64,000 bases of DNA from IMG/VR virus record IMGVR_UViG_3300018080_000165, positions 1 to 64,000 of that record. One strand, 5' to 3'. This stretch comes from a virus. Every line of letters begins with the position of its first letter. Positions within the stretch are counted from its first letter, which is position 1. The notes below the pieces were generated by a model. It was not told the DNA's origin, searched no databases, and was given only the letters and a program-made list of their open reading frames with translations. Made by a program: the position numbers and the translations under genes. Positions 25,726 through 33,996 of this stretch are shown one piece after another.

Positions 25726-26552
25726 TTCCTTCCCTTTCTCTCATCCCAACAAATGTTGGTGTAGAAACATCCCTTGCAAGGAAAACGGTGCACAGACTCC
25801 CCTTCCCTCTTCGGCAACTTCCGGTTGTCCACGTGGTCACGGAGATAATCCAAACGCTTCTTCCGTTTCCTTTCGTCGCTCTTGTTGAACTCGAAAAACG
25901 TCTCGCGCAACGTTTGATCGTTCTTGTTCTCGTAGATGAACACGGCACGATGAATCTTCAAGTGCTTCATGTACATGTGAATCTGCTGCTTGTACCCTTC
26001 CTTCCCGTAATGCCGTCCAAGGTTCTTGAAGCCGTAGTCATTGATGGATTTGAAATCGACGATGTACTTCTTCCCCTTTAGACTCACTATGGCGTCACAG
26101 GTTCCTTGTTCATCGCCGACAGTGAAGGGAACTTCGATGTCATCTATCGTACAAAGGCCCATTCGGACGAAGAGGACTTGCATTCGCAAGTGAAGCGAAT
26201 CGCCCGTGGCAAAGATTCGCTGTGACTTGGCGATGTCCGCGATACCACCCATCGGAGGTTTGTTCTTGGGTGCGCGCATGGATTTGTAGACAGTCCTTCT
26301 AGCGCATCCCCCGATAGCGGAAGGATGATAATACTTGTCCCTGTAGTCTTTCTTCGCGGCCTTCCACTGCTTGAACTTGCGTTCGGCCAATGCCAGTTCG
26401 ATCTTTGCTTCGGCACGCCGAATGTCAACGTCCGTTATTTCCCGGCGCATGAGGGCCATCTGTTCATCGTAAAGGAAGCGATCAATGACGTTGATGAACG
26501 AGACTTTCCTCTTCTTCATCTTGTTCACGTCTTTCCACAGGTTGCGAAGCAT
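25644..26552 (-). CDS. Cas4-like/RecB-family PD-(D/E)xK exonuclease with Fe-S cysteines; ends ...KKRSAAFAL
   Basis: HPSAIGGCARR, GDSLH, GTCD, IVDFKS, QIHMYM, CKGCFYTNIC. Confidence 0.85.
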   Translation of the reverse strand: MLRNLWKDVNKMKKRKVSFINVIDRFLYDEQMALMRREITDVDIRRAEAKIELALAERKFKQWKAAKKDYRDKYYHPSAIGGCARRTVYKSMRAPKNKPPMGGIADIAKSQRIFATGDSLHLRMQVLFVRMGLCTIDDIEVPFTVGDEQGTCDAIVSLKGKKYIVDFKSINDYGFKNLGRHYGKEGYKQQIHMYMKHLKIHRAVFIYENKNDQTLRETFFEFNKSDERKRKKRLDYLRDHVDNRKLPKREGESVHRFPCKGCFYTNICWDERKGRKWLKNAKGRKAKRKGPSSKKRSAAFAL

Positions 26553-26946
26553 TCTTCTTTGACTCCCTGTATTTGTCGATCTGACCCTTAGCTTCTTTCA
26601 AACCAAGACCTGTTCTGGCACGGTACTTCTTGACGGCAGGAATGATTCCATCCTGAATGTGTTTATCGACCAGCTTCTTCTCTTCCTCGTTCAATTCTGG
26701 AAACGTACCAACACGAACGGCCTTGGTGATCTCCGGGTACGCTTGCCACACATGAGCCGCCCGAGTAGTGACCACGCGATGCTCCGTTCCGGGAGCGTAG
26801 GCGTCGATATACTTCTGAAGTGTTCTTTTCTTGTGCGCCGTCACAAGATCGACAGTTTCATATTCGAAGCCTTTTCCTTTGATAGTTCGCAAAAGTCCGT
26901 AGTAAGTCCGCTTCGTCCTTGTACCAAACCCCATTGCGCTAGCCAT
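26482..26946 (-). CDS. Protein with C-terminal ribosomal L7/L12-like domain
   Basis: IIPAVKKYRARTGLGLKEAKGQID. Confidence 0.7.
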   Translation of the reverse strand: MASAMGFGTRTKRTYYGLLRTIKGKGFEYETVDLVTAHKKRTLQKYIDAYAPGTEHRVVTTRAAHVWQAYPEITKAVRVGTFPELNEEEKKLVDKHIQDGIIPAVKKYRARTGLGLKEAKGQIDKYRESKKNASQPVERREQDEEEESLVHQRH

Positions 26947-27056
26947 GATCGTTTCTCCTTTCGGTCAGTGAAAATGCAAACGCGGGTTCAAGGCGTCGGC
27001 TCTCCCTCTCCCCCGCGTTTGCAAGCCGCCCGTCCCAGGGGGCAGCCGTTTTCCAA

Positions 27057-27515
27057 CTAGTTACCCAATGTTTGTGCACAAAATGTACACAAATTAACCT
27101 TCTTGACGCAGCATCCATCACACACACGTTGCCCACACGAAGGGCATGTGCTCAATTCCCATGGAGGTGTAGAAGAAATACAAATAGCACAAAAATGATC
27201 GTCATCATCTAACTCATCATCTAACTCATCATCGTCTTCAACTTCTGCGTTGGCTTTTTCAATACACTCATCACAATGCCCATCACACTCGTTGTCGCAG
27301 CCACAAACGGTGTCAAAACAATCAGAACAAATAGGCTTTTTCTCAGTTTCCATTTCAATGAAAAACACACAAAACGGACACGTATTCTGTCCGCACACAC
27401 AACACTTACGGAGTTCTGTGCCCGCCCTTCCGCAAACACCGCATTTGCAACTATCGGGCATTCGCTCTCCGGTTAATCCGTCTTCGATCATTCCGTGTCC
27501 CTTTCGCGTTCGCAC
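27057..27515 (-). CDS. Tandem Cys-rich Zn-finger (B-box/FYVE-like) protein, AT-rich gene
   Basis: Two CxxC...CxxC...CxxC...CxxC units separated by an acidic linker. Confidence 0.6.
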   Translation of the reverse strand: MRTRKGHGMIEDGLTGERMPDSCKCGVCGRAGTELRKCCVCGQNTCPFCVFFIEMETEKKPICSDCFDTVCGCDNECDGHCDECIEKANAEVEDDDELDDELDDDDHFCAICISSTPPWELSTCPSCGQRVCDGCCVKKVNLCTFCAQTLGN

Positions 27516-27732
27516 TTCTTGAAACCGGACGAAGATTCGATGAAGCGTTTTTGCTTGTCGGCCCGCCCTGAATGTTGTGGTTCTTCTTGTCCCGCGTCAC
27601 GGGCTTGACATGGCCAACAAGTTTTCCCGTCCCGCGTAACTTGTCCCGCATCTTTGCCATGTTCGCCCATCTTCCGTCCTTCCAGTTCGATCCCGCCTTT
27701 CCCTTCTTGCTCCCTGAACCTTTGCCGCCCAC
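27451..27732 (-). CDS. Small basic HNH-like protein
   Basis: GHVKP...NASSNLRPVSRSAN; AAGGAGG RBS before GTG. Confidence 0.45.
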   Translation of the reverse strand: MGGKGSGSKKGKAGSNWKDGRWANMAKMRDKLRGTGKLVGHVKPVTRDKKNHNIQGGPTSKNASSNLRPVSRSANAKGTRNDRRRINRRANAR

Positions 27733-27734
27733 TG

Positions 27735-28311
27735 TTACGCCCTCCTTTTTCTCTGCTTCGTAAGCCAGCCCCAAGATCGACCAAGTTTGATGTCTGTAAT
27801 CGTAACTTGATGAACACCAAACTTCCTAGAGATTTCAGTTGGGCCTTCACCTTGCGCTAACAATCGACAGATACGGCGCACATCTCTTTCCTTCAACTTA
27901 GCCCCGTTTTGCTTCGATCCTTGAACATGCGTTCCGTGCCGCTTTTTGTCAGCTATGTTTTCTTTCTTAGTCCCCCAAACCAAATTGCCGATCCTGTTAT
28001 TGGCCGGGTTCCCGTCCAGATGACGGCATTCCATGCCTTCAGGACACGGGCCGACGAAAGCAAGAAGCACAAGACGGCAAACCTTGAAGTTGAACGACTT
28101 GTTGCTAAGGCTAAACGTAATGATCGGTCTTCCGTTTTCCGAGATGTTGTGCGGGCGTATCCTGGCCGTCTGGCCGATGAAGTGTCTAAAGCCACGACAC
28201 GCCCCCTCTTGTTTTTCGCGCCCAAAAAGAACGCACACGTCCCTGGTCGGAGACTTCATATCCTTCCCATCCGGGAATGGGCTTCCAGATTTCTCTCTTC
28301 CGCCCGCCCAT
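27735..28311 (-). pseudogene. NUMOD4-HNH homing endonuclease split by a +1 frameshift
   Basis: 28311-28186 encodes EIWKPIPGWEGYEVSDQGRVRS...L*; HNH (HLDGNPANNRIGNL) lies in the +1 frame to 27735. Confidence 0.75.
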
Positions 28312-28322
28312 CGCTCTCCTCC

Positions 28323-28553
28323 TCAATCTCCGTTCACTGCTTCAAACTTGAACACTTCCCCCGGCAAAAAGTTCTTGGCTTCTTCCTTGGGCACGAATAT
28401 ACGAAGCTTTCCATCGTCCACGTCTACACAGTTTTCCTTTCCATCCTGTGTGTATCGCAAACACGCGGAAAACAACACACTGTAAGCGTTATCGGCCATA
28501 CTTTCTCTTGCGATGCCTTCCACACGCAAATCAACTTCCTTTAATATCAACAT
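28323..28553 (-). CDS. Small hypothetical protein
   Basis: AAGGAG RBS. Confidence 0.5.
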   Translation of the reverse strand: MLILKEVDLRVEGIARESMADNAYSVLFSACLRYTQDGKENCVDVDDGKLRIFVPKEEAKNFLPGEVFKFEAVNGD

Positions 28554-28863
28554 TTTTTTCTCCTTTCAGGAACTCGACAAGATCGGGATTGAAAACGGCA
28601 AACACATCATCCTCTTCTTTCATAACTTCGACAACTTCTTCGACAGTAGGCGTAGGGCGTTCTCCGCATGAGTACCTTGCATCCATCACGTAACGCTTCG
28701 CTTCCACTTCCCGCAACTTCGTAAAGAGAGGATGATTCCGAACAAACTTATCCGCTTCGTTCTTGCAAGGACAACAAATATATGCCGTGATTCCTCCTCG
28801 AAACTTTGTCATTTCCCTGCCGAAAAGACCGGCTGCTCTTCCACATCGCTCACACTTGTTCAT
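28531..28863 (-). CDS. Zn-finger hypothetical protein
   Basis: CERCG...ICCPC. Confidence 0.55.
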   Translation of the reverse strand: MNKCERCGRAAGLFGREMTKFRGGITAYICCPCKNEADKFVRNHPLFTKLREVEAKRYVMDARYSCGERPTPTVEEVVEVMKEEDDVFAVFNPDLVEFLKGEKNVDIKGS

Positions 28864-28864
28864 C

Positions 28865-29020
28865 TCAAATCTCCTTCCCTCTCAGCGCCCGGTACTTCTC
28901 CAAAGCTTCCTCTTTTGAAGCACAGCTTTTCAACTCCAAGTACCATTCCCTAGGCAGCTTCTTCCCGTGGACTTTCTTAACTGCGCGAAGGATTTTCTTT
29001 TCCTCCTTGTACCGGGCCAT
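28865..29020 (-). CDS. 51-aa protein downstream of hicA (absent from the ORF track); possible antitoxin
   Basis: AAGGAG RBS; MARYKEEKKILRAVKKVHGKKLPREWYLELKSCASKEEALEKYRALRGKEI. Confidence 0.45.
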   Translation of the reverse strand: MARYKEEKKILRAVKKVHGKKLPREWYLELKSCASKEEALEKYRALRGKEI

Positions 29021-29207
29021 GTAGGTTTCTCCTTATCGCCCTCTTTGCCTTGTGCTCGATTCCCGGTGACGCTTCCGTGTGCGCGCCACTGAGAGGGATG
29101 TTCACTATCTCGCCGTTTGGCATCCGGTAAATCTTGTGACTCCCCTTGCTACGTAGGAACTTTCCCCCTTCACTCTCCACTAATCTGATTAAGGCTTTTG
29201 TCTTCAT
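28977..29207 (-). CDS. hicA: HicA-family mRNA interferase
   Basis: LIRLVESEGGKFLRSKGSHKIY...VNIP...H; HicA GSH motif. Confidence 0.8.
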   Translation of the reverse strand: MKTKALIRLVESEGGKFLRSKGSHKIYRMPNGEIVNIPLSGAHTEASPGIEHKAKRAIRRNLHGPVQGGKENPSRS

Positions 29208-29388
29208 CGAGTTTGTCTCCAAAGGCCAATACGAACGCCCCGATCAACGCAGACGCTTCTTTTGAATTAATGGGGCGGTTTTCTCCGCTTACCCCGAACC
29301 AGGTTTCTCCGGTTGTGTCTCGGGAAACAGTTAGAGACGGACCTTTCCGCAAGTGCACATTAATTTCAAGATCGATCTCAGGCATCAC
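29170..29388 (-). CDS. Small hypothetical protein
   Basis: GGAGG RBS. Confidence 0.45.
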   Translation of the reverse strand: MMPEIDLEINVHLRKGPSLTVSRDTTGETWFGVSGENRPINSKEASALIGAFVLAFGDKLDEDKSLNQISGE

Positions 29389-29505
29389 TCATCCTCCACA
29401 AAGTGATAGTCGAACGTTGATTCCGCCAGGACATACACGCGCATGTCCTCAATCCCTAAGCTGTTTGCCACACTGTTCCACAATGTATCTTACTCACCCT
29501 CTCTT

Positions 29506-29823
29506 TCATTCTCTAAGTCTCCTTTCTATCGCATCTCGGACAAAATCAAAAGTTGTCTCGGTCAAAATATAAACATTCACATCTTGAATTTGAATCTCCA
29601 TGAGCGGTTCCAATCCTTCTTTAGCCGCCCGTTCAATGATCTTCTCGATGTCAGCCTTCTTCAAGATGATTTGTTTCTTGTCCGTCCTCTTACATTCCGC
29701 AAGCCACTGCGGACCTTTCACATCCCCTTTGTTGCGCCATCCGCATCCCGATCCCGGCTGGACACGCCCGTTCAACTTCTCAGCCAAGCGTTTCTCTTGT
29801 TGATCCGATTTCAGCCGCTTCAT
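29506..29823 (-). CDS. Holliday-junction-resolvase-like PD-(D/E)xK nuclease
   Basis: QEKRLA...QPGSG...KGDV...LAECK. Confidence 0.75.
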   Translation of the reverse strand: MKRLKSDQQEKRLAEKLNGRVQPGSGCGWRNKGDVKGPQWLAECKRTDKKQIILKKADIEKIIERAAKEGLEPLMEIQIQDVNVYILTETTFDFVRDAIERRLRE

Positions 29824-30932
29824 AGCGCGAACGCCTTTCTGTTCTTCTTCTGCCGCTTTTTCGCTTTATCCCCGGTGCGCTTCAGTTGGAGTTTTCCTTT
29901 GTGTACCTTCATCACATCGTTGTACAAGTCCTGCAAGACGTACTTGTCCATGTAGATTTTCTTGCAGAACTTCTCTCTCCCGTTGGCCTTGATCCCCTGA
30001 TAGGAGTAGGCGTGTCCCTTCTTTCGGACAATCCCGTATACCACGGCCATGGGAAGAAGGTCAAGCGCATTGTCGATGGTTCCCCCTTCCCGGTATCCAT
30101 ATGCCCGATTGTAGAAGTTGAAGAATCCCCGTTCGTTCGCGTTGCCGCCGGTCTTGTTCTTCACAACGACGAATCCCACCGTTGTTCCCACGGCCTGTTT
30201 CAACGTCTCCCCGCTTTCCTTGATTTCCTCATAGATGTAGCCTTTGCGGTACAGCTTCACGCAGACAGATGCCGCGTGTTCAAGCGCCTTTCCCCCCGGT
30301 GCCGTTTCAGGATCGCCGAACATCACGCCGATTTGAACACGGACTTGATTCAACAAAAGGATGGTCGATTTCGGCGTAGAAGAAAGCAAATCCTTCTTCA
30401 ATCGCGGAATCAGCTTACGCAGCATCTTGGACACGAAACGCGGGTGCATCCCGACACTGCTTTTCTCCATCTTCTTCTCGACTTCGAAGTGCGGTGTGAT
30501 AGCACCGATGGAATCGAAGATCACCAAGACTTGATCCCCCTCGTCCAACACATCGCAAACGATGTCCACGGACTGTTCGCTTGTCGTCGGCGACACGAGA
30601 AGGAACTTGTTCGGATCGGCGTCGAGGAACTTCAACCACTTCACATCGAAAGCGTTCTCCACATCGATGTAGACAACGTACCGCTTCTTAGGCTCTTTCT
30701 TGATGAACTTCGTGGCTCCGCAAATAGCGAGCGTGCTTTTATACGCGCTGTAGTGTCCTATGACTTCGTTTATCCGGCCTTCCACGAAGCCCCCGCCTAG
30801 AGCAATATCAAGGGAATGGCTCCCTGTGCTGAAACGCTTGATCGTCAATCCAAGTGCATCGCTGGCACGGACGATTGTTCCCCTACCGTAGCGTTTATTT
30901 ATGCGGTTCATCACAGTCTCTATCGACATCAC
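29820..30932 (-). CDS. recA: RecA/UvsX recombinase; ends ...KKRQKKNRKAFAL
   Basis: STGSHSLDIALGGG, GHYSAYKST, IDVENAFD, DSIGA, LNQVR, GDPETAPGGKALEH, VKNK. Confidence 0.93.
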   Translation of the reverse strand: MMSIETVMNRINKRYGRGTIVRASDALGLTIKRFSTGSHSLDIALGGGFVEGRINEVIGHYSAYKSTLAICGATKFIKKEPKKRYVVYIDVENAFDVKWLKFLDADPNKFLLVSPTTSEQSVDIVCDVLDEGDQVLVIFDSIGAITPHFEVEKKMEKSSVGMHPRFVSKMLRKLIPRLKKDLLSSTPKSTILLLNQVRVQIGVMFGDPETAPGGKALEHAASVCVKLYRKGYIYEEIKESGETLKQAVGTTVGFVVVKNKTGGNANERGFFNFYNRAYGYREGGTIDNALDLLPMAVVYGIVRKKGHAYSYQGIKANGREKFCKKIYMDKYVLQDLYNDVMKVHKGKLQLKRTGDKAKKRQKKNRKAFAL

Positions 30933-30959
30933 GCTATCCCCTTTCTAAGAGAAACGAGT

Positions 30960-31286
30960 TTACGGGTAAACAAAGTATGGCATCTCTACGACACTTATTG
31001 AAGCTCCACTCTCATCTAACAACTCAACTATGTAAATCTTTTCTTTCACAGCTTTTTTTGAACCATAACTGTCTGCAAAGTGTTTCGAGAGAACTTCTTT
31101 TGCAGAAGCGTCTTCGCCGACAAATCTTGTCAACACAAGAGCAAAACCCTCGATCTCGTGAGCATAGATAACGTCAGGAGGAAGAGGGTTTAGACTTCTT
31201 CCTCCATAGGTAGTGGGTTTTTCTTCACACATCGAAATCTCCTTCTTATACTCCCTGTAGATGTTTTCTACGGCTTGCTTTAACAT
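30960..31286 (-). CDS. Hypothetical protein (AT-rich)
   Basis: 108-aa ORF between polA and recA. Confidence 0.5.
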   Translation of the reverse strand: MLKQAVENIYREYKKEISMCEEKPTTYGGRSLNPLPPDVIYAHEIEGFALVLTRFVGEDASAKEVLSKHFADSYGSKKAVKEKIYIVELLDESGASISVVEMPYFVYP

Positions 31287-31337
31287 CTTGACAGTCAGCG
31301 TCCCACCCCCGGAGAGAAAAACTGTCCCATGATCTCA

Positions 31338-33245
31338 TTAGTTTTTCGCGGTAGCCCATGAGTCTCCGATCCCCACTGAAACCAGTAACGGAATCACAAG
31401 TTTCCTTGTCAGATTTGGCGGCGGTGTTTCCATGAGTCTTTGAACGACCTTCGCTGCTTCGTTCGCGTACTTCGCGGGAACTTCGAAGATCAATTCGTCG
31501 TGAATCTGCATAAGCATCCTGCACTTCATACTTTTCAACTCCTTGCTTGCATCGCAAAGGATCATCGCGTGCTTCAGCCAATCGGCGGCGGAACTCTGAA
31601 TCTGTGTGTTGATGCATTGCCTTTCAGCCGCCTTTCGTTCCCGGAATACTTCGCTGGAAATGTTCCTGATCCTGAAAGGACGGCCACAGATGTTCTTGAT
31701 GAAGCCCCTTTCCCGGCAGGATTCATAAAGCTGTTCCCGGTAGATCGGCACACCGTAATAGATGTTCCAATACTTGTCGATGATGTCTATCGCTTCTTCT
31801 TTCTCTATGAAGACGCCTTCAAGAATCAACTGTCTTTGGAGGGTGAACCACATTCCCTCGTATTGAAGAGCAAAATTGCAATTTTTAGCAATCATATAAG
31901 ACCGATCGTATTTTAATTCCGCCTTAATCTCATCCTTCGTTATTCCTTTAGGCAGCAATCCTGTTTCCACTCCCGTTTGGATGTGAATCGATATTCCCTT
32001 CCGAAAACAACGGAGCATCATTTTATCCAAACTGAAGATTGCCATAAGACGCAATTCAAGTTGTTCCATATCCGCGACAATCAGTTTGTTTCCAGGTTTC
32101 GGCACGAAGCATTCGCGGATATGAAGGATGTCCGTTTTAGAGGGAATCTGTTGAAGATTCGGGTTGGACGACGAAGACCGGGCCGTGCGCGCTCCCACTT
32201 GCGAATAGGTAGTATGAATCCTGTTGTTATCGTCGCAGTAGAGAAAGAGTCCCGTATCCGGCCCGGTAAATCTACGTAATGAGAGATAGGCGTTGTAGTT
32301 GACAATCTGTTTCACCAACGGATGTTCATCCAGCAAATACGCCAAGCAAACCTTGTCAACTTTCGGCCTGCCTGTGGGTGTCTTCTCCACAGGTTCCAAT
32401 CCCAATTTTCCGAAAAGAAACTTTCCTAGCTGTATCTTGGAATTGAGATTGAATTCCTTCCCGTTCTTTTGATAGACTTTGGCCGCACATTTGTCCATCT
32501 TATCTGCCAAAAGACGATCTATCCTCTTGATCCCTTTCGGATTCAGTCTGATTCCCCGGCGTTCCATGCGAATCACACCTGCGAGGCTTTCCATTTCCAT
32601 CTCGAAAAACTTTCGGCGCGTTCCTTTCAACAGCATGTTGCGAACGCCGTCAACGGTCCTGGCTTTGTACCCACGCTCATATGCGTCATAAAGTTTCCAC
32701 GTGGAGATAGCATCGTTACAGGCATAGGGAACAATTTCATCGATGTTCTTCATGTCCACACTGGACGTTTTTCTAAGCCGCATTCCGATAAGAACAGCGC
32801 GTTCCTTGAGCGCATTAGGTATTCTCTCGTCCCAACAGTGTCCCGCAATCATCGTGCAATAGATGGAGCGAAGATCGAACTTCACGCCGTGGTTCATAAC
32901 CATGTTGATGTCGTAGTTGGCATGATGCATTACCTTGGTGAGTCTTCTGTCCGCGAAGAAAGGTTCCAGCTTCTTCATAACGTACTGTGTGTCGAGATAC
33001 GCCGGATCGAAGCTGGATAGAGGGATTCCCCATGCACGATTCTTTCGCGCGATGGATATGAACATCACACGTCCACGGTCAATAACCAACCCCTCTTTCT
33101 TAAAAGTCTTCTTTCCGCCCGGAGCATATGTCTCCGTGTCGAAAGCAAAAGCCCGCCAGAACGGATTCTTGCGCTTGCTGACTTCCTCAAGATATTCACA
33201 CAGAAGACGCAAGTCCTTCTTCGTCTTGACAGTCTTTATCTTCAT
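31338..33245 (-). CDS. polA: Family A DNA polymerase with 3'-5' exonuclease domain
   Basis: FDTET, HHANYD, YACND; TARSSSSNPNLQQIP, DMEQLELR, AKNCNF, QIHDEL. Confidence 0.95.
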   Translation of the reverse strand: MKIKTVKTKKDLRLLCEYLEEVSKRKNPFWRAFAFDTETYAPGGKKTFKKEGLVIDRGRVMFISIARKNRAWGIPLSSFDPAYLDTQYVMKKLEPFFADRRLTKVMHHANYDINMVMNHGVKFDLRSIYCTMIAGHCWDERIPNALKERAVLIGMRLRKTSSVDMKNIDEIVPYACNDAISTWKLYDAYERGYKARTVDGVRNMLLKGTRRKFFEMEMESLAGVIRMERRGIRLNPKGIKRIDRLLADKMDKCAAKVYQKNGKEFNLNSKIQLGKFLFGKLGLEPVEKTPTGRPKVDKVCLAYLLDEHPLVKQIVNYNAYLSLRRFTGPDTGLFLYCDDNNRIHTTYSQVGARTARSSSSNPNLQQIPSKTDILHIRECFVPKPGNKLIVADMEQLELRLMAIFSLDKMMLRCFRKGISIHIQTGVETGLLPKGITKDEIKAELKYDRSYMIAKNCNFALQYEGMWFTLQRQLILEGVFIEKEEAIDIIDKYWNIYYGVPIYREQLYESCRERGFIKNICGRPFRIRNISSEVFRERKAAERQCINTQIQSSAADWLKHAMILCDASKELKSMKCRMLMQIHDELIFEVPAKYANEAAKVVQRLMETPPPNLTRKLVIPLLVSVGIGDSWATAKN

Positions 33246-33670
33246 CGTCCTCTTCCTCTCTTCTTTCTAGGCGGAGGACCAAACTTGTTTCGGTATTGAG
33301 GGCTTCCGGGCGTGATGATACCTCCCGCATTCGGCTTTGTCTTCATCGCGGCTGCTTGCGTGATTTGCTTCAGGTTCACCACATGCGCTTGAAGCAAAGA
33401 CCGATGTAGTTGGATGTTCTCGCCGGGAATGTTGCTGTCATGGACGATCTTCATGTTGAACAATCCGACGCTGTTGATGTTGTCTTCGTACAGAATGCTC
33501 AAGCACGTGAAGTAGGAGATTCCTTCACGAAGGGTGACAACGGTACTATACTTTTGCTTTTCCTTTTCTTCTTCGTCTTGGTTTGGTACTCCCATGAGAA
33601 TGTCGATTGACTTGACTTTCCCCGATGACTTCGGCGGCTCCTCTTGCGGCGTTTTTTCTTCCTCGCTCAT
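33242..33670 (-). CDS. Hypothetical protein
   Basis: 142-aa ORF coupled to polA. Confidence 0.55.
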   Translation of the reverse strand: MSEEEKTPQEEPPKSSGKVKSIDILMGVPNQDEEEKEKQKYSTVVTLREGISYFTCLSILYEDNINSVGLFNMKIVHDSNIPGENIQLHRSLLQAHVVNLKQITQAAAMKTKPNAGGIITPGSPQYRNKFGPPPRKKRGRGR

Positions 33671-33902
33671 TGGAATCGTCCTTTACTTTCAACTTGGCCA
33701 AGTGTTTTCTCAACCTTCTGAGGGTTGTCGGAGTGAATCCGTCCATACGCCCGATGTAAACATATCCAGGTTGTGCTTCTCCGTCGTTCAGCGTCTCCCT
33801 TCGATTGCGCCACATCTCAATAGAAACACGAAGAAAAGCGTGAGAATCAAACTTCTTCTCCCTCAGTCGAAACACTGGAATCGTCTTTATCTTTTTTGCC
33901 AT
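33546..33902 (-). CDS. Hypothetical basic protein
   Basis: 118-aa ORF with RBS. Confidence 0.5.
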   Translation of the reverse strand: MAKKIKTIPVFRLREKKFDSHAFLRVSIEMWRNRRETLNDGEAQPGYVYIGRMDGFTPTTLRRLRKHLAKLKVKDDSNERGRKNAARGAAEVIGESQVNRHSHGSTKPRRRRKGKAKV

Positions 33903-33921
33903 CGCTTTTCCCTTAAAAGTA

Positions 33922-33965
33922 GGGACAGGGTGGAAGAGGCTCGCAACTCAACCACCCTGTTCCCC
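33922..33965 (-). terminator. Hairpin after the ssb-like gene
   Basis: gggacagggtgg...ccaccctgttccc stem, then TACTTTT on the minus strand. Confidence 0.5.
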
Positions 33966-33996
33966 GAGACACCCCCATTTAGGTAGGAGAGGATGT

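Noticed and set aside
25644-26552. CRISPR-Cas system
   Set aside because: Solo Cas4-like exonuclease in a recombination module; no cas1/cas2 or array seen
28186-28188. TAG stop-codon reassignment
   Set aside because: Read-through gives no HNH sequence and meets further TAGs; core genes are intact in the standard code and several end in TAG
33135-33160. AFAF in PolA (also KAFAF in the tape measure) as FxF tags
   Set aside because: In PolA it is the beta-strand of the ExoI motif (FDTET); internal hits in long folded proteins are expected by chance
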